From Clostridiales bacterium (GTDB lineage: Bacteria; Bacillota; Clostridia; Christensenellales; UBA1242), in NCBI GenBank assembly GCA_015069415.1, contig SVIQ01000003.1, positions 19,300-83,299 of the forward strand: 64,000 nucleotides of DNA, given 5' to 3'. Below the pieces are notes generated by a model. The model saw only the letters and a program-made list of their open reading frames with translations. It made no database searches and was not told the DNA's origin. Position 1 is the first letter of the stretch, and each line of letters opens with the position of its first letter. Shown here piece by piece: positions 16,529-25,915 of the stretch. The position numbers and the translations under genes are program-made.

Positions 16529-16557
16529 ATTTTAGCACAAACAAAACAAAAAATCAA
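16529..16557 (-). promoter_or_regulatory. promoter TTGATT-17-TAAAAT driving a leaderless mini-ORF
   Basis: Minus strand reads TTGATT ttttgttttgtttgtgc TAAAAT caaact ATG. Confidence 0.45.
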
Positions 16558-16564
16558 TAGATAT

Positions 16565-17071
16565 TTAAATAAATCTACAACAAAAACAAGCGAGAATTGC
16601 ACATGAGACATTACACAACAAAGCAATTGGAATTGTCAGCAATGTTTTTTTGACATTTGTCGACGCAAAGTAAATGCTACTTACGTAAAAAATAGTATCT
16701 GTGCTTCCCATAATAACGCTCGCGCAATTTCCAATGTAACTGTCAACTCCGTATTGTGCGTAAATATCTCTTAACAAAACATATCCAGCATTAGAACTAA
16801 ACGGACGAATTAATGTCAATTCACAAACTTCAGGAGGAATCCCTACCCAACGAAAAACTGGCGCTAAAAAATTACACAAATATCCACTTAAACCACTGTT
16901 CCTAAACAATTCTACTGCAACAAACATTGCAATTATAAAAGGTAAAAGCGACGCCATTAAAGGCAAAGCTCCTTTTGCTCCTTTTACAAAACTTGAGTAA
17001 GCATCCACACCCTTGATTACTGCATAAATTAAAACAATTCCAATGAACAAAGGAATAAACAAATCAACCAT
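16565..17071 (-). CDS. spmB: spore maturation protein B-like (nucleoside-recognition/Gate domain membrane protein)
   Basis: 168-aa polytopic protein overlapping and co-oriented with a SpmA-like gene, which is the typical spmA-spmB pair. Confidence 0.7.
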   Translation of the reverse strand: MVDLFIPLFIGIVLIYAVIKGVDAYSSFVKGAKGALPLMASLLPFIIAMFVAVELFRNSGLSGYLCNFLAPVFRWVGIPPEVCELTLIRPFSSNAGYVLLRDIYAQYGVDSYIGNCASVIMGSTDTIFYVSSIYFASTNVKKTLLTIPIALLCNVSCAILACFCCRFI

Positions 17072-17624
17072 TCTTCCTCCTGTAAATAGCCATTACAAGA
17101 AGAACTCCTAAAATAGTCGGCAAAAAAGTTGAAATGATTGTGGGAATTATCACACTGCTTGGACTTATGCTCCCCGCCATAGCTCTCATACCTATTACTG
17201 TGGTAGGAAAAATTTGAATCCCTGTAGAATTTATAACTACAAGCATAATCATCGCTCTTGTTGCTTTATTGCTTCCCTTGTCCATGCCTTTCATTGCTTT
17301 GATACCATAAGGAGTTGCGGCACTTCCAACACCCAACATATTTGACGCAATGTTCATACAAATATTTTTTCTAGTTTCCTTGTCTGTTCGTCCAAAAATT
17401 TTTTCAACCGGACGAGACAAAATGTTTGATAATTTATGACTTAATTTACAATCATCCATAACTTGCATTATCCCCATCCAGACAGCATAAATGCCGACAA
17501 ACTCAATCGCCATGGTTACGCCCATTTTTGCACCATTCATCATTGTTGAAATTATTGTAGATGGCGCGAAAATACATGTCATTATCAAACTCGAAATTAT
17601 TAAAACAACCCAAATTTTACTCAT
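17064..17624 (-). CDS. spmA: spore maturation protein A-like (nucleoside-recognition/Gate domain membrane protein)
   Basis: 186 aa. An N-terminal MSKIWVVLII-type helix and a Gate-domain-like sequence. 8-nt overlap with spmB. Confidence 0.7.
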   Translation of the reverse strand: MSKIWVVLIISSLIMTCIFAPSTIISTMMNGAKMGVTMAIEFVGIYAVWMGIMQVMDDCKLSHKLSNILSRPVEKIFGRTDKETRKNICMNIASNMLGVGSAATPYGIKAMKGMDKGSNKATRAMIMLVVINSTGIQIFPTTVIGMRAMAGSISPSSVIIPTIISTFLPTILGVLLVMAIYRRKNG

Positions 17625-17675
17625 TGCTTAATATATGCGGACAAGCAAAAAAAAATGAAAAAATGCCTTAAGGCA

Positions 17676-18419
17676 TTAATTCATATCAATATCAAATTCA
17701 AATGATGTGAAAACTGCATCTAAAATTACGTTACATTTATCTCTTTCAGTTTGTGCACTTGTCATTTCTGTAGTCAACGAATCAGAAGCAATTGCATACG
17801 CTCTAAATTTTAATGTAATTTCAATTCCTTGATAAGTGTTTCCCAAACCCCTGTAAAGTTTAAGTTGATCTTTTTCAATTACTGTAATTTTGTCTTCTGT
17901 TTGCACTTGAGTACTAATTAAACATCTGTAATAAGATGTTTCAGTTTCTCCTAACTTTGTGTAAGCATAAACAAAATCTTGCCATTCATTTGCTCTACCA
18001 GTAACATTAGTTGAAGGATAAAATTCGTTGTCATAATTTGATCCAATGTCAATTACTGGTTGCTTAGGTGTCGCATCCAGATTTAAATCATTCCCTTTCT
18101 TATCTCTAGTTTCTAAATTGTACAAAACCACTAAGTAAATAGGTTTTGTAGAATCGTTTATAATAGTCAACGGAGTGTTTTGCATTCCTTCGTTAGGAAC
18201 AACATTTGAAGAATTCGTAATTAACACTTCGCTTGTTCCACTTGAAGCACCCACTTCGTCAAAATCGATTTTTAATGTCGCTAAAGTGATTTTTCCTGCA
18301 ACCTTATTAGAGTTTGAACTGTAATACGCAAAAACTCCAGCAAAAGCAATTGCACCAACCAACAATATAGCAAGAATAATTATTGCAACAGTTTGTCCTG
18401 TAAGATTTTTCTTAATCAT
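17676..18419 (-). CDS. TasA/camelysin-like secreted protein with a SipW-type signal peptide
   Basis: N-terminus ...AIAFAGVFAYYSSNS resembles the SipW-dependent AYFSD signal motif. Beta-rich mature part. Terminator AATGCCTT/AAGGCATT plus a T-run downstream. Confidence 0.5.
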   Translation of the reverse strand: MIKKNLTGQTVAIIILAILLVGAIAFAGVFAYYSSNSNKVAGKITLATLKIDFDEVGASSGTSEVLITNSSNVVPNEGMQNTPLTIINDSTKPIYLVVLYNLETRDKKGNDLNLDATPKQPVIDIGSNYDNEFYPSTNVTGRANEWQDFVYAYTKLGETETSYYRCLISTQVQTEDKITVIEKDQLKLYRGLGNTYQGIEITLKFRAYAIASDSLTTEMTSAQTERDKCNVILDAVFTSFEFDIDMN

Positions 18420-18527
18420 TTGTACCCCTAATTTAAAAATATTCTAGAAAATATGCAAATAATTGTCAAACAAATTTTTACACTTTGCAAAATTTAATAA
18501 TCTTTTTATTTTTTCATTTGATTTTTA

Positions 18528-18911
18528 GTGAAAATTTTATTATTATATAAAGGTATGAATACAGATTATAAAGACATCCCTGCGTCAGTTTTAATGACGA
18601 GAATTGGTCTTGTTTTATCTAAATTAGGAATGAATGAAAGATACGCATCCTTTGAGTACCTTAATTTTATTATTACTTACATGATAAAATATAGCGATGA
18701 AAGTGATGAAGCCTTCGATTCTGCTTGTCAAATGTTAATGGAAAAAAATTCAATTAGCATGCGAGCAATCACTAACGGTGTAGGCAAACTTATGAACAGT
18801 TGCACACATGAACAAATTTTAGGCAAACCTTACTATCTTCAGCAAAGATATGGAATCAAAAACAAAATTCGAATGATAAAATCTTTCGTTTTGAAATGTA
18901 ATCTTATATAA
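18528..18911 (+). CDS. divergent Spo0A_C-like stand-alone DNA-binding protein (no receiver domain)
   Basis: LSKLGMNERYASFEYLNFII... and ISMRAITNGVGKLM resemble the Spo0A C-terminal HTH region. The true start may be the ATG at 18555. Confidence 0.45.
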   Translation: MKILLLYKGMNTDYKDIPASVLMTRIGLVLSKLGMNERYASFEYLNFIITYMIKYSDESDEAFDSACQMLMEKNSISMRAITNGVGKLMNSCTHEQILGKPYYLQQRYGIKNKIRMIKSFVLKCNLI

Positions 18912-19269
18912 CTTGCCCTAATATGTAATTTTTAACTAGATAAATAAACTCACAACATCTTGGCTTTTTCTCTTTGTTCCAAAATACGATGAGTTTATTT
19001 TTTAATATCGGTTCCCAAAGTTTGTCTATTAAATTTCTTATATCCCTTTCTATAGTACATTCATTCTTTTTATGTTTTTCGGCAATATAAGGATAAACAT
19101 CTTTGTAAAAAGCCTTAACTTTTGCATTTTGATTAATTAATAAGTCTTGAATATCAACCAAATAACTAAATCCCCTATATTTATAAGACACTCCCAATTC
19201 TTTAATTTTTAATGTTAAAAAATAATTGTTAGTCAATGTTTCTTGGTATAATTTTTCTTTTTGTGTCAT
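18904..19269 (-). CDS. Spo0A_C-like stand-alone DNA-binding protein (no receiver domain)
   Basis: Three segments align with B. subtilis Spo0A: ELGVSYKYRGFSYLVD with EIGVPAHIKGYLYLREA, VYPYIAEKHKKNECTIERDIRNLIDKLW with [28 protein letters not shown], and KPRCCEFIYLV with KPTNSEFIAMV. Confidence 0.7.
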   Translation of the reverse strand: MTQKEKLYQETLTNNYFLTLKIKELGVSYKYRGFSYLVDIQDLLINQNAKVKAFYKDVYPYIAEKHKKNECTIERDIRNLIDKLWEPILKNKLIVFWNKEKKPRCCEFIYLVKNYILGQVI

Positions 19270-19301
19270 ATTTTTCCCTTTTAAATTTTAAGAATGATGC
19301 A

Positions 19302-19330
19302 AGTATAACACAGAAAAACTCTCGCGTCAA
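19302..19330 (-). promoter_or_regulatory. promoter TTGACG-17-TATACT of the 121-aa Spo0A_C-like gene
   Basis: Minus strand reads TTGACG cgagagtttttctgtgt TATACT. Confidence 0.5.
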
Positions 19331-19332
19331 AC

Positions 19333-19368
19333 AATTTTGTACAAAATTCAAATATTTTTGTACAAAAT
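19333..19368. promoter_or_regulatory. two palindromic operator-like sites (AATTTTGTACAAAATT and TTTTGTACAAAA), centres 21 bp apart
   Basis: Perfect 16-nt palindrome at 19333..19348 and perfect 12-nt palindrome at 19356..19367, immediately upstream of the -35. A 0A box lies at 19388..19394. Confidence 0.6.
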
Positions 19369-19486
19369 TATCAAAATTGGCTTAAATTTCGACAAAAACG
19401 GCTAATTTTAGTACACAAAAGACTACTTTTTGTTCAAAATTTAGCACGTTCAACAAAAAAAATGAGCAATCACGCTCATTTTTTTC

Positions 19487-21640
19487 TTATTCAATACCTT
19501 TCATTGTTAAAGAAATTCTCTTTTTAGTTAAATCAACACTTAAAATTTTAACTTTAACTTTCTCTCCCACCTTAAGAACGTCGCTTGGGTGAGAAATATA
19601 AGCGTTACTAATTTGAGAAATGTGAACAAGTCCGTCTTGATGTACACCAATATCCACAAACGCACCGAAGTCGATAACGTTTCTAACAACGCCATCTAAA
19701 ACCATTTCAGGTTTTAAATCTTCCATTGAAAGAATGTCACTTCTAAGTTCTGGTAACGGCATATCTTCACGAATATCTCTACCTGGTTTTAAAAGTTCTT
19801 TAACAATATCATTTAAAGTTGGAACTCCAACACCGATTTCATCTGCAGTCTTTTGTTCACCTCTGTTGTTAATCAAAGACGGAAGCATTGAAAGTTCTCC
19901 AGATTTAATATGTTCATCAGTCAAATTAAAGATTGCAAGCAATTTCTTAACTGCGTCATAACTTTCTGGGTGAACGCCAGTGTTATCTAAAATGTTGTTT
20001 CCGTCATTAATTCTTAAGAAGCCTGCACATTGTTCATATGCTTTAGGTCCCATTTTCTTAACGTTTAACAAATCGCTTCTGTTTTCGATATGTTTAACTT
20101 GAGAACGGTAATCAACAATGTTTTCAGCAAGGCTTGATGAAATTCCAGAAACATATGATAGCAAGCTAACTGATGCAGTGTTTAAATCAACACCAACAGA
20201 GTTAACGCAATCTTCAACAGTATTTTCAAGAACTTCGGTAAGTCTATTTTGAGGCATATCATGTTGATATTGTCCAACACCGATTGATTTAACATCTATT
20301 TTAATAAGTTCAGCAAGAGGATCTTGTAAACGTCTAGCGATAGACACTGCACTTCTTAAATTTACATCATAATCAGGGAACTCTTTAGCCGCAAGTTTTG
20401 AAGCACTGTAAACAGACGCTCCAGCCTCATTAACCATAGCATAACTAACTTTTCTTGGAAGAGTTTTAATTAATTCCGCCACCAAAATTTCACTTTCTTT
20501 ACTTGCTGTTCCGTTTCCAATTGCAATAATATCAACATTATTCTTAATAATCATATCAGCAAGTTTTTTCTTTGCTTCTTCAACTTTGTTTTGAGGAGGT
20601 GTTGGATGAACAACAGCAGTATCTAAAACATCACCTTTTTCGTCAATGACTGCAATTTTACAGCCATTGTAATATCCAGGGTCGTAACCCATAATGATAT
20701 TATTCTTTAAAGGAGCTTGAAGAAGTAAAGGTTTTAGGTTAACTTCAAACATTTTAATTGCTTGTTCGTTTGCCATGTCAGTCAATGTACTTCTGCATTC
20801 TCTCTCAAGAGATGGGAACAAAAGTCTGTCGTAACTGTCAGCAATTGTGTCTAGCATAATTTGATTTGTAAACTCATTATCCTTTAAGTAAACTTTTTCA
20901 ATTTCTGAAAGCATAAGTTTTTCATTAATTTCAACGCTTACTTTTAAGCAGTCTTCTTTTTCTCCTCTGTTAAGAGCCAAAATTCTATGACTTGGAAGTT
21001 TTACAACGTCCCCACTAAAATCTTTGTAATTTTCGTAAGTTTTGTTTTCGTCCTTTTCTTCAACCCAACTTGCTTTCACTTGAGCTTTCTTAGAAATAAT
21101 TTCTCTTAGAGTCTTTCTTAAGTTTGCATCATCACTTATGCGTTCAGCTATTATGTCTTTTGCTCCAGCAATTGCTTCATCTTCGTTTTTTACACCTTTT
21201 TCTTCATCAATGAAGTCTTTAGCGTAAACCACGATTTCTTTGTCTACGTTTTGAGCTTGAATGATATCAGCAAGAGGTTCAAGACCTTTTGCGATAGCCA
21301 TTGTAGCCCTAGTCTTTCTCTTTGGCTTATATGGACGATAAATATCTTCAACTTCTGTTAAAGTCAAAGCATCTGCTAAAGCTTTTTCTATTTCTTCAGT
21401 CCATTTGTCTTGCTCTTTAATTACTTTTTCAACCTTTTCTTTTTCTTTGTTGAGGTTTCTTAAATAATTAAGTCTATCTGCAAAATCTCTCAACACTTGG
21501 TCATCACAAGCTCCGTGAGCTTCTTTTCTGTAACGAGCGATAAATGGAATTGTGTTTCCTTCATCAATAAGATTAATAATGTTTTCTGCGTACATTTCAC
21601 GCAAATTAAATTCGTAAGCTAATTGTTTTTGTATTTCCAT
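19487..21640 (-). CDS. tex: Tex-family transcription accessory protein (YqgF/HhH/S1 domains)
   Basis: Tex N-terminus IPFIARYRKE, RuvC-like YqgF segment, C-terminal S1 domain GVVRNVIDFGAFVDIG. Start set at the MEIQKQ ATG, which has an AAAGGA SD. Confidence 0.9.
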   Translation of the reverse strand: MEIQKQLAYEFNLREMYAENIINLIDEGNTIPFIARYRKEAHGACDDQVLRDFADRLNYLRNLNKEKEKVEKVIKEQDKWTEEIEKALADALTLTEVEDIYRPYKPKRKTRATMAIAKGLEPLADIIQAQNVDKEIVVYAKDFIDEEKGVKNEDEAIAGAKDIIAERISDDANLRKTLREIISKKAQVKASWVEEKDENKTYENYKDFSGDVVKLPSHRILALNRGEKEDCLKVSVEINEKLMLSEIEKVYLKDNEFTNQIMLDTIADSYDRLLFPSLERECRSTLTDMANEQAIKMFEVNLKPLLLQAPLKNNIIMGYDPGYYNGCKIAVIDEKGDVLDTAVVHPTPPQNKVEEAKKKLADMIIKNNVDIIAIGNGTASKESEILVAELIKTLPRKVSYAMVNEAGASVYSASKLAAKEFPDYDVNLRSAVSIARRLQDPLAELIKIDVKSIGVGQYQHDMPQNRLTEVLENTVEDCVNSVGVDLNTASVSLLSYVSGISSSLAENIVDYRSQVKHIENRSDLLNVKKMGPKAYEQCAGFLRINDGNNILDNTGVHPESYDAVKKLLAIFNLTDEHIKSGELSMLPSLINNRGEQKTADEIGVGVPTLNDIVKELLKPGRDIREDMPLPELRSDILSMEDLKPEMVLDGVVRNVIDFGAFVDIGVHQDGLVHISQISNAYISHPSDVLKVGEKVKVKILSVDLTKKRISLTMKGIE

Positions 21641-21723
21641 AAAATTTCCTTTTAACAAGAAATATTATAACAAAAAAATTTTAAATCTCAAAACAATTTT
21701 AAACATTTCTTTTCTATGTAAGT

Positions 21724-21752
21724 TTGACATTTCTTTTGTCTCATGATATAAT
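21724..21752 (+). promoter_or_regulatory. promoter TTGACA-17-TATAAT with an extended -10 TG
   Basis: TTGACA at 21724..21729, TGATATAAT ending at 21752. Confidence 0.6.
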
Positions 21753-21776
21753 TTCAATACCCTTAAGGAAACAATA

Positions 21777-22247
21777 ATGAATCTCATAAATTTGCTGACA
21801 ATTAAATTAAAAAAAACAAGGCCTACTTTTGACACATCCTCTTATTATGAAATCATAAGCGAAATTCGAATGATTGAAGACGAAAACGATGATCTAAAAT
21901 ACCACCCAAAAAGGAACAACGAAGAATTCAAAAATTTTATTGCCAGCAATATTTTAAAACGAATAAAAAAAATATCTTTATTATATGAAAATTTCCTTAT
22001 TATTTTTAATAACCTAAAAAACGACTTAAAAAATGAAACTAACAAAACTAAAAGAAAACAACTTCAACAAGATTTTACACATGCGAAATCTATGTATAAA
22101 TTTTTAAGATTTGAATTCGAATTTATTTTTGCTTATTTGAAGAGCGGATTAAAAAGATTAAGCCCCGAAAAACGAAATGAAATCGTTAAATCCATGATAC
22201 AAGCTTTTAATCTTGAAGGTAAAAAATATAATAATTATTTAATGTAA
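21777..22247 (+). CDS. hypothetical Lys-rich helical protein
   Basis: 156-aa ORF downstream of a consensus promoter. No family recognised. Confidence 0.5.
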   Translation: MNLINLLTIKLKKTRPTFDTSSYYEIISEIRMIEDENDDLKYHPKRNNEEFKNFIASNILKRIKKISLLYENFLIIFNNLKNDLKNETNKTKRKQLQQDFTHAKSMYKFLRFEFEFIFAYLKSGLKRLSPEKRNEIVKSMIQAFNLEGKKYNNYLM

Positions 22248-22268
22248 AAAAAATAGACCATAATGGGT

Positions 22269-25200
22269 CTACTTTTTATTTTTATAATTTTCTCGCCTTG
22301 TTTTTGCATCTTGCTCACTAAGTTTTATTAATTTATTTTTATTTGATTTGTTCACCTTGTCTAAAATCGAAAATCTATTTTCAGTTTCAACAAAATCTTT
22401 GTAATTCATTAACGGATCAAAACTGTCAATCTGCATACGTTCTTTAGCATTTGGATTAAATCTAAACAAGGTGTTGTATCCACTTTTAACTGAATTTTGA
22501 GAATGAATTTGACTGTCACGCATATTATACCCATGATTTACACAAGGAGCATATGCAATTATTACGCTTGGTCCGTCATACATTTCCGCTTCAATAAAAG
22601 CCTTCAAACATTGATCAGGATTTGCGCCCATACTAACCTTAGCCACATAAACATTTTCATAAGTCATAAGCATGCTAGCAAGGTCTTTCTTTTTCGTTGT
22701 CTTTCCAGTAGAATTAAATTTAGCAACAGCACCTCTTGGAGTCGATTTACTTGTTTGACCTCCAGTGTTAGAGTAAACTTCAGTATCGAGAATTAAAATG
22801 TTTACATTTTCGCTACTTGCCACAACATGATCAAGCCCTCCAAATCCAATGTCGTACGCCCAGCCATCACCACCGATTATCCAAACACTTGGACTTGTGA
22901 TCAAACTTAAATTATCAAACAAGAACAATTCATCGCCTTTTAAAACATGACCTTTTTTATACTGTTTTAAATCAAGAATTAATTGTTTGTTATAATCATG
23001 ATTTTCTGTATTTTCTAAAAATTTATCGATTTTTTCTTGAATTTTCTTAGAAAAATGCATGTTTTTTAAAGATTTTATAAAATTTTCTCTTTGATTTTTT
23101 CTTGAAACAGAAATTCCGTAACCAAATTCCGCATTATCTTCAAACAATGAATTTGCCCAACTTGGTCCAAATCCATCTTTATCTTTTGAGTAAGGACACG
23201 TTGGATATGTTGCACCATAAATCGACGAGCAACCTGTTGCATTAGCGATTAGCATTCTATCACCAAAAAGTTGAGTCACAAGTTTTATGTAAGGAGTTTC
23301 TCCGCATCCAGCACAAGCTCCGTTAAATTCAAAATAAGGCTTTTTAAATTGAACGTCTTTTACTGAATTTACAGATTTAACTTCTTGACATTTTAAAGAA
23401 GAGAAGACTTCAAAATTAGAAACTTCTTTTTGTCTAATTTCTTCACTGTCTTTCATGATTAAAGCTTTCACAGGACAAACACTTGCACACACCCCACATC
23501 CTGTACAATTCAATGTGTCAATTTGAAGCCTGTATTTCCCAGTTTTGTCAAAAGTATCTTTAGTCTCAAAAGATTTTGGTAATTTTTTGTCTTTCGAAAC
23601 AACAATTGGTTTGATTGCATAATGTGGACACATCATACTACATCTTCCACATTCAATACATTTTTCTTTTATCCATTCAGGCAAGTTTTGACTTAATGCA
23701 CGTTTGTCAAACTTGGACGTATCAGTAGGCATGAAACCAGACTCATTAAATTTACTAACTAAAATTTCATCACCCTTTTGATTGCTTGTTGGAACAATGA
23801 TTTCTTCATAGTAGTCACACTGTTTTACTTTACACACTTGAACATCCTGAATGATTAATTGTCTATTGTTAAATTTCCTAATTGCACTCTTTACATTTTC
23901 AACCGCATTTAAGTTAGCTTCAACAATTTTTTGTCCTTTATTTGAATAAGTTTTTTCAATTGATTTTTTAATGTTTTCCTTTGCTGTTTCAAACGGTAAA
24001 ATATTAGTCACTTCAAACAAGGCAGTTTGCATAATAGTGTTAATTTTTCCGCCCAGACCAAAATTAGAAGCAATTTCATTAGCGTTAATAACAAATGTCG
24101 AAATATTTTTTCTAACGATTTCTCGTTTCATTTTGTTAGGCATAATCTTGTTTAAAGTTTCATTGTCATAGCCAGTGTTTAACAAAAGAATTCCATTTTC
24201 TTTTAAACATTCAGTAATGTCATATTTTTCTAAGAAACCTTCATTGTTACACATAACAACATTAACCTTTCTAGGATTAAATGGCGCATCTATTTTTTCT
24301 TTGCTCACCCTCATATGAGAAATTGTTAAACTTCCAGATTTTTTGCTGTCATAATCAAAATATCCTTGTACGTAATTATCAGTTTCTTCACCTAAAATTT
24401 TAATAGTATTTTTAACACTACTAACACTACCATCACTTCCAAGCCCGTAAACTCTTAAACTAAAATCTGCAATGTTATCGCGATAAGTAGAATTTAATTC
24501 AAGATTAGTGTTTGTTACATCATCGTACACACCAACAGTAAAGAATTCTTTTTTTCTGTTTCGCATATTTTCAAAGACCGCAATTGCCATATCTGGAGTA
24601 AACTCTTTTCCTCCAAGTCCGAAACATCCAGAATATGTTTTTGCTCTAATGTTGTTTTTAATCAACGCATGTTCAACAAAAGAAGTTAACGCATCAACTC
24701 CATTAGGATCTAAATTACGTTCCAATATCGTAATATTTTTAACTTTTTTAGGGAGAAGTTCAACAAACCTTTTTTCATCAAAAGGTTTGAGAGTTCGAAC
24801 TTTAATAATTCCAACTTTTTTCTCGTACTGTCTTTTAGCCAAATTTAAAATATCGGCACTAGTACCCATCGACACAACTACATCCGTTGCATTGATATCT
24901 CCAAAATATTCTACAGTGTCATACGAATTATTCGTAATTTCTTTTACTTTTTCTAAAGCCCATTTAAAATCATCGATTGAGTTTTTGTATTTTGCACAAG
25001 ACTTAATTCTATTCTGCATAAACACATCTGGATTTTGATTTGTTCCAGCAACGAACGGATCATGATTATTTAAATACTTCGATTTAAATTCTGAAAAATA
25101 TGTAGGCGTAATTACTTTTTCTAGATCTTCTAAAGTTGTCTGATTAATTGTAGAAAGTTCATGACTTGTTCTAAACCCATCAAAGAATAAAATGTATGGA

Positions 25201-25688
25201 ATTCTAGATTTTAAACTTGCAAGTTCGCATGCTATTGCCATATCATTTGCTTCTTGTACACTACTTGCGTTAACAATGTTAAAACCAGTTTTTAAACAAG
25301 CATATACATCACTGTAATCACAGAAAATGTTAAGAGCATGAGTCGCAAGACTTCTTGACGCAACATAAAATACACAAGGCAATCCTTCGCCCGCAATTTT
25401 GTACATATTTGGGATCATTAAAAGAAGTCCTTGACTAGATGTAAAAGTTGTAGTTTTACTTCCACTTATCAAGCTTCCATGAACAGCTCCAGCCACTCCC
25501 GCTTCGCTTTGCATTTGATGAACATTTAAACAATTTCCAAAAATATTTTTTTTGCCTTGATTTGCCCATATATCACAATTTTCAGCCATTGAACTGCTTG
25601 GTGTAATTGGATAAATCATAGCCTCTTCATTAAATAAATATGCAATATTTGAAACCGCACTGTTTCCGTCTGTTATTACTCTTTTCAT
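22269..25688 (-). CDS. nifJ: pyruvate:ferredoxin (flavodoxin) oxidoreductase
   Basis: 1139 aa. Two 4Fe-4S motifs (CIECGRCSMMCP, CTGCGVCASVCP) and a TPP-binding GGDGWAYDIGFGGLDHV motif. Confidence 0.92.
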   Translation of the reverse strand: MKRVITDGNSAVSNIAYLFNEEAMIYPITPSSSMAENCDIWANQGKKNIFGNCLNVHQMQSEAGVAGAVHGSLISGSKTTTFTSSQGLLLMIPNMYKIAGEGLPCVFYVASRSLATHALNIFCDYSDVYACLKTGFNIVNASSVQEANDMAIACELASLKSRIPYILFFDGFRTSHELSTINQTTLEDLEKVITPTYFSEFKSKYLNNHDPFVAGTNQNPDVFMQNRIKSCAKYKNSIDDFKWALEKVKEITNNSYDTVEYFGDINATDVVVSMGTSADILNLAKRQYEKKVGIIKVRTLKPFDEKRFVELLPKKVKNITILERNLDPNGVDALTSFVEHALIKNNIRAKTYSGCFGLGGKEFTPDMAIAVFENMRNRKKEFFTVGVYDDVTNTNLELNSTYRDNIADFSLRVYGLGSDGSVSSVKNTIKILGEETDNYVQGYFDYDSKKSGSLTISHMRVSKEKIDAPFNPRKVNVVMCNNEGFLEKYDITECLKENGILLLNTGYDNETLNKIMPNKMKREIVRKNISTFVINANEIASNFGLGGKINTIMQTALFEVTNILPFETAKENIKKSIEKTYSNKGQKIVEANLNAVENVKSAIRKFNNRQLIIQDVQVCKVKQCDYYEEIIVPTSNQKGDEILVSKFNESGFMPTDTSKFDKRALSQNLPEWIKEKCIECGRCSMMCPHYAIKPIVVSKDKKLPKSFETKDTFDKTGKYRLQIDTLNCTGCGVCASVCPVKALIMKDSEEIRQKEVSNFEVFSSLKCQEVKSVNSVKDVQFKKPYFEFNGACAGCGETPYIKLVTQLFGDRMLIANATGCSSIYGATYPTCPYSKDKDGFGPSWANSLFEDNAEFGYGISVSRKNQRENFIKSLKNMHFSKKIQEKIDKFLENTENHDYNKQLILDLKQYKKGHVLKGDELFLFDNLSLITSPSVWIIGGDGWAYDIGFGGLDHVVASSENVNILILDTEVYSNTGGQTSKSTPRGAVAKFNSTGKTTKKKDLASMLMTYENVYVAKVSMGANPDQCLKAFIEAEMYDGPSVIIAYAPCVNHGYNMRDSQIHSQNSVKSGYNTLFRFNPNAKERMQIDSFDPLMNYKDFVETENRFSILDKVNKSNKNKLIKLSEQDAKTRRENYKNKK

Positions 25689-25880
25689 CTTTCCCTCTTT
25701 ATAGTATTATAATACTAAAGAAAAGTTTAAAGCAAACATTTTTTTGAATTTTATTTAAATTAATTTACTAAACTGCGATACAACTTTTTATCTAAATAAA
25801 ATAAAAAATGTAAAAAAATATTAATAATTGTATTATTTTAAATAAAAATTTAACGTTTTTGTTTTATTTTTTATATTTTA

Positions 25881-25909
25881 TTGCAAAATTAAAAAAATTT
25901 TTATATAAT
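25881..25909 (+). promoter_or_regulatory. promoter TTGCAA-17-TATAAT ending 6 nt before the truA ATG (leaderless mRNA)
   Basis: TTGCAA at 25881..25886, TATAAT at 25904..25909, ATG at 25916, and no SD. Confidence 0.55.
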
Positions 25910-25915
25910 TTCATT

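Noticed and set aside
25859-25915. N-terminal extensions proposed by the ORF track. They affect truA, rpsL (50400-50429), rpsM (60356-60367), tpiA (42227-42256), tex (21641-21658), pyk (32762-32767), the permease (16339-16377) and the lipoprotein (15188-15199).
   Set aside because: In each case an internal ATG preceded by a good SD (or, for truA, positioned at the predicted transcription start of a consensus promoter) gives the canonical family N-terminus. The extension is translated promoter or SD sequence.
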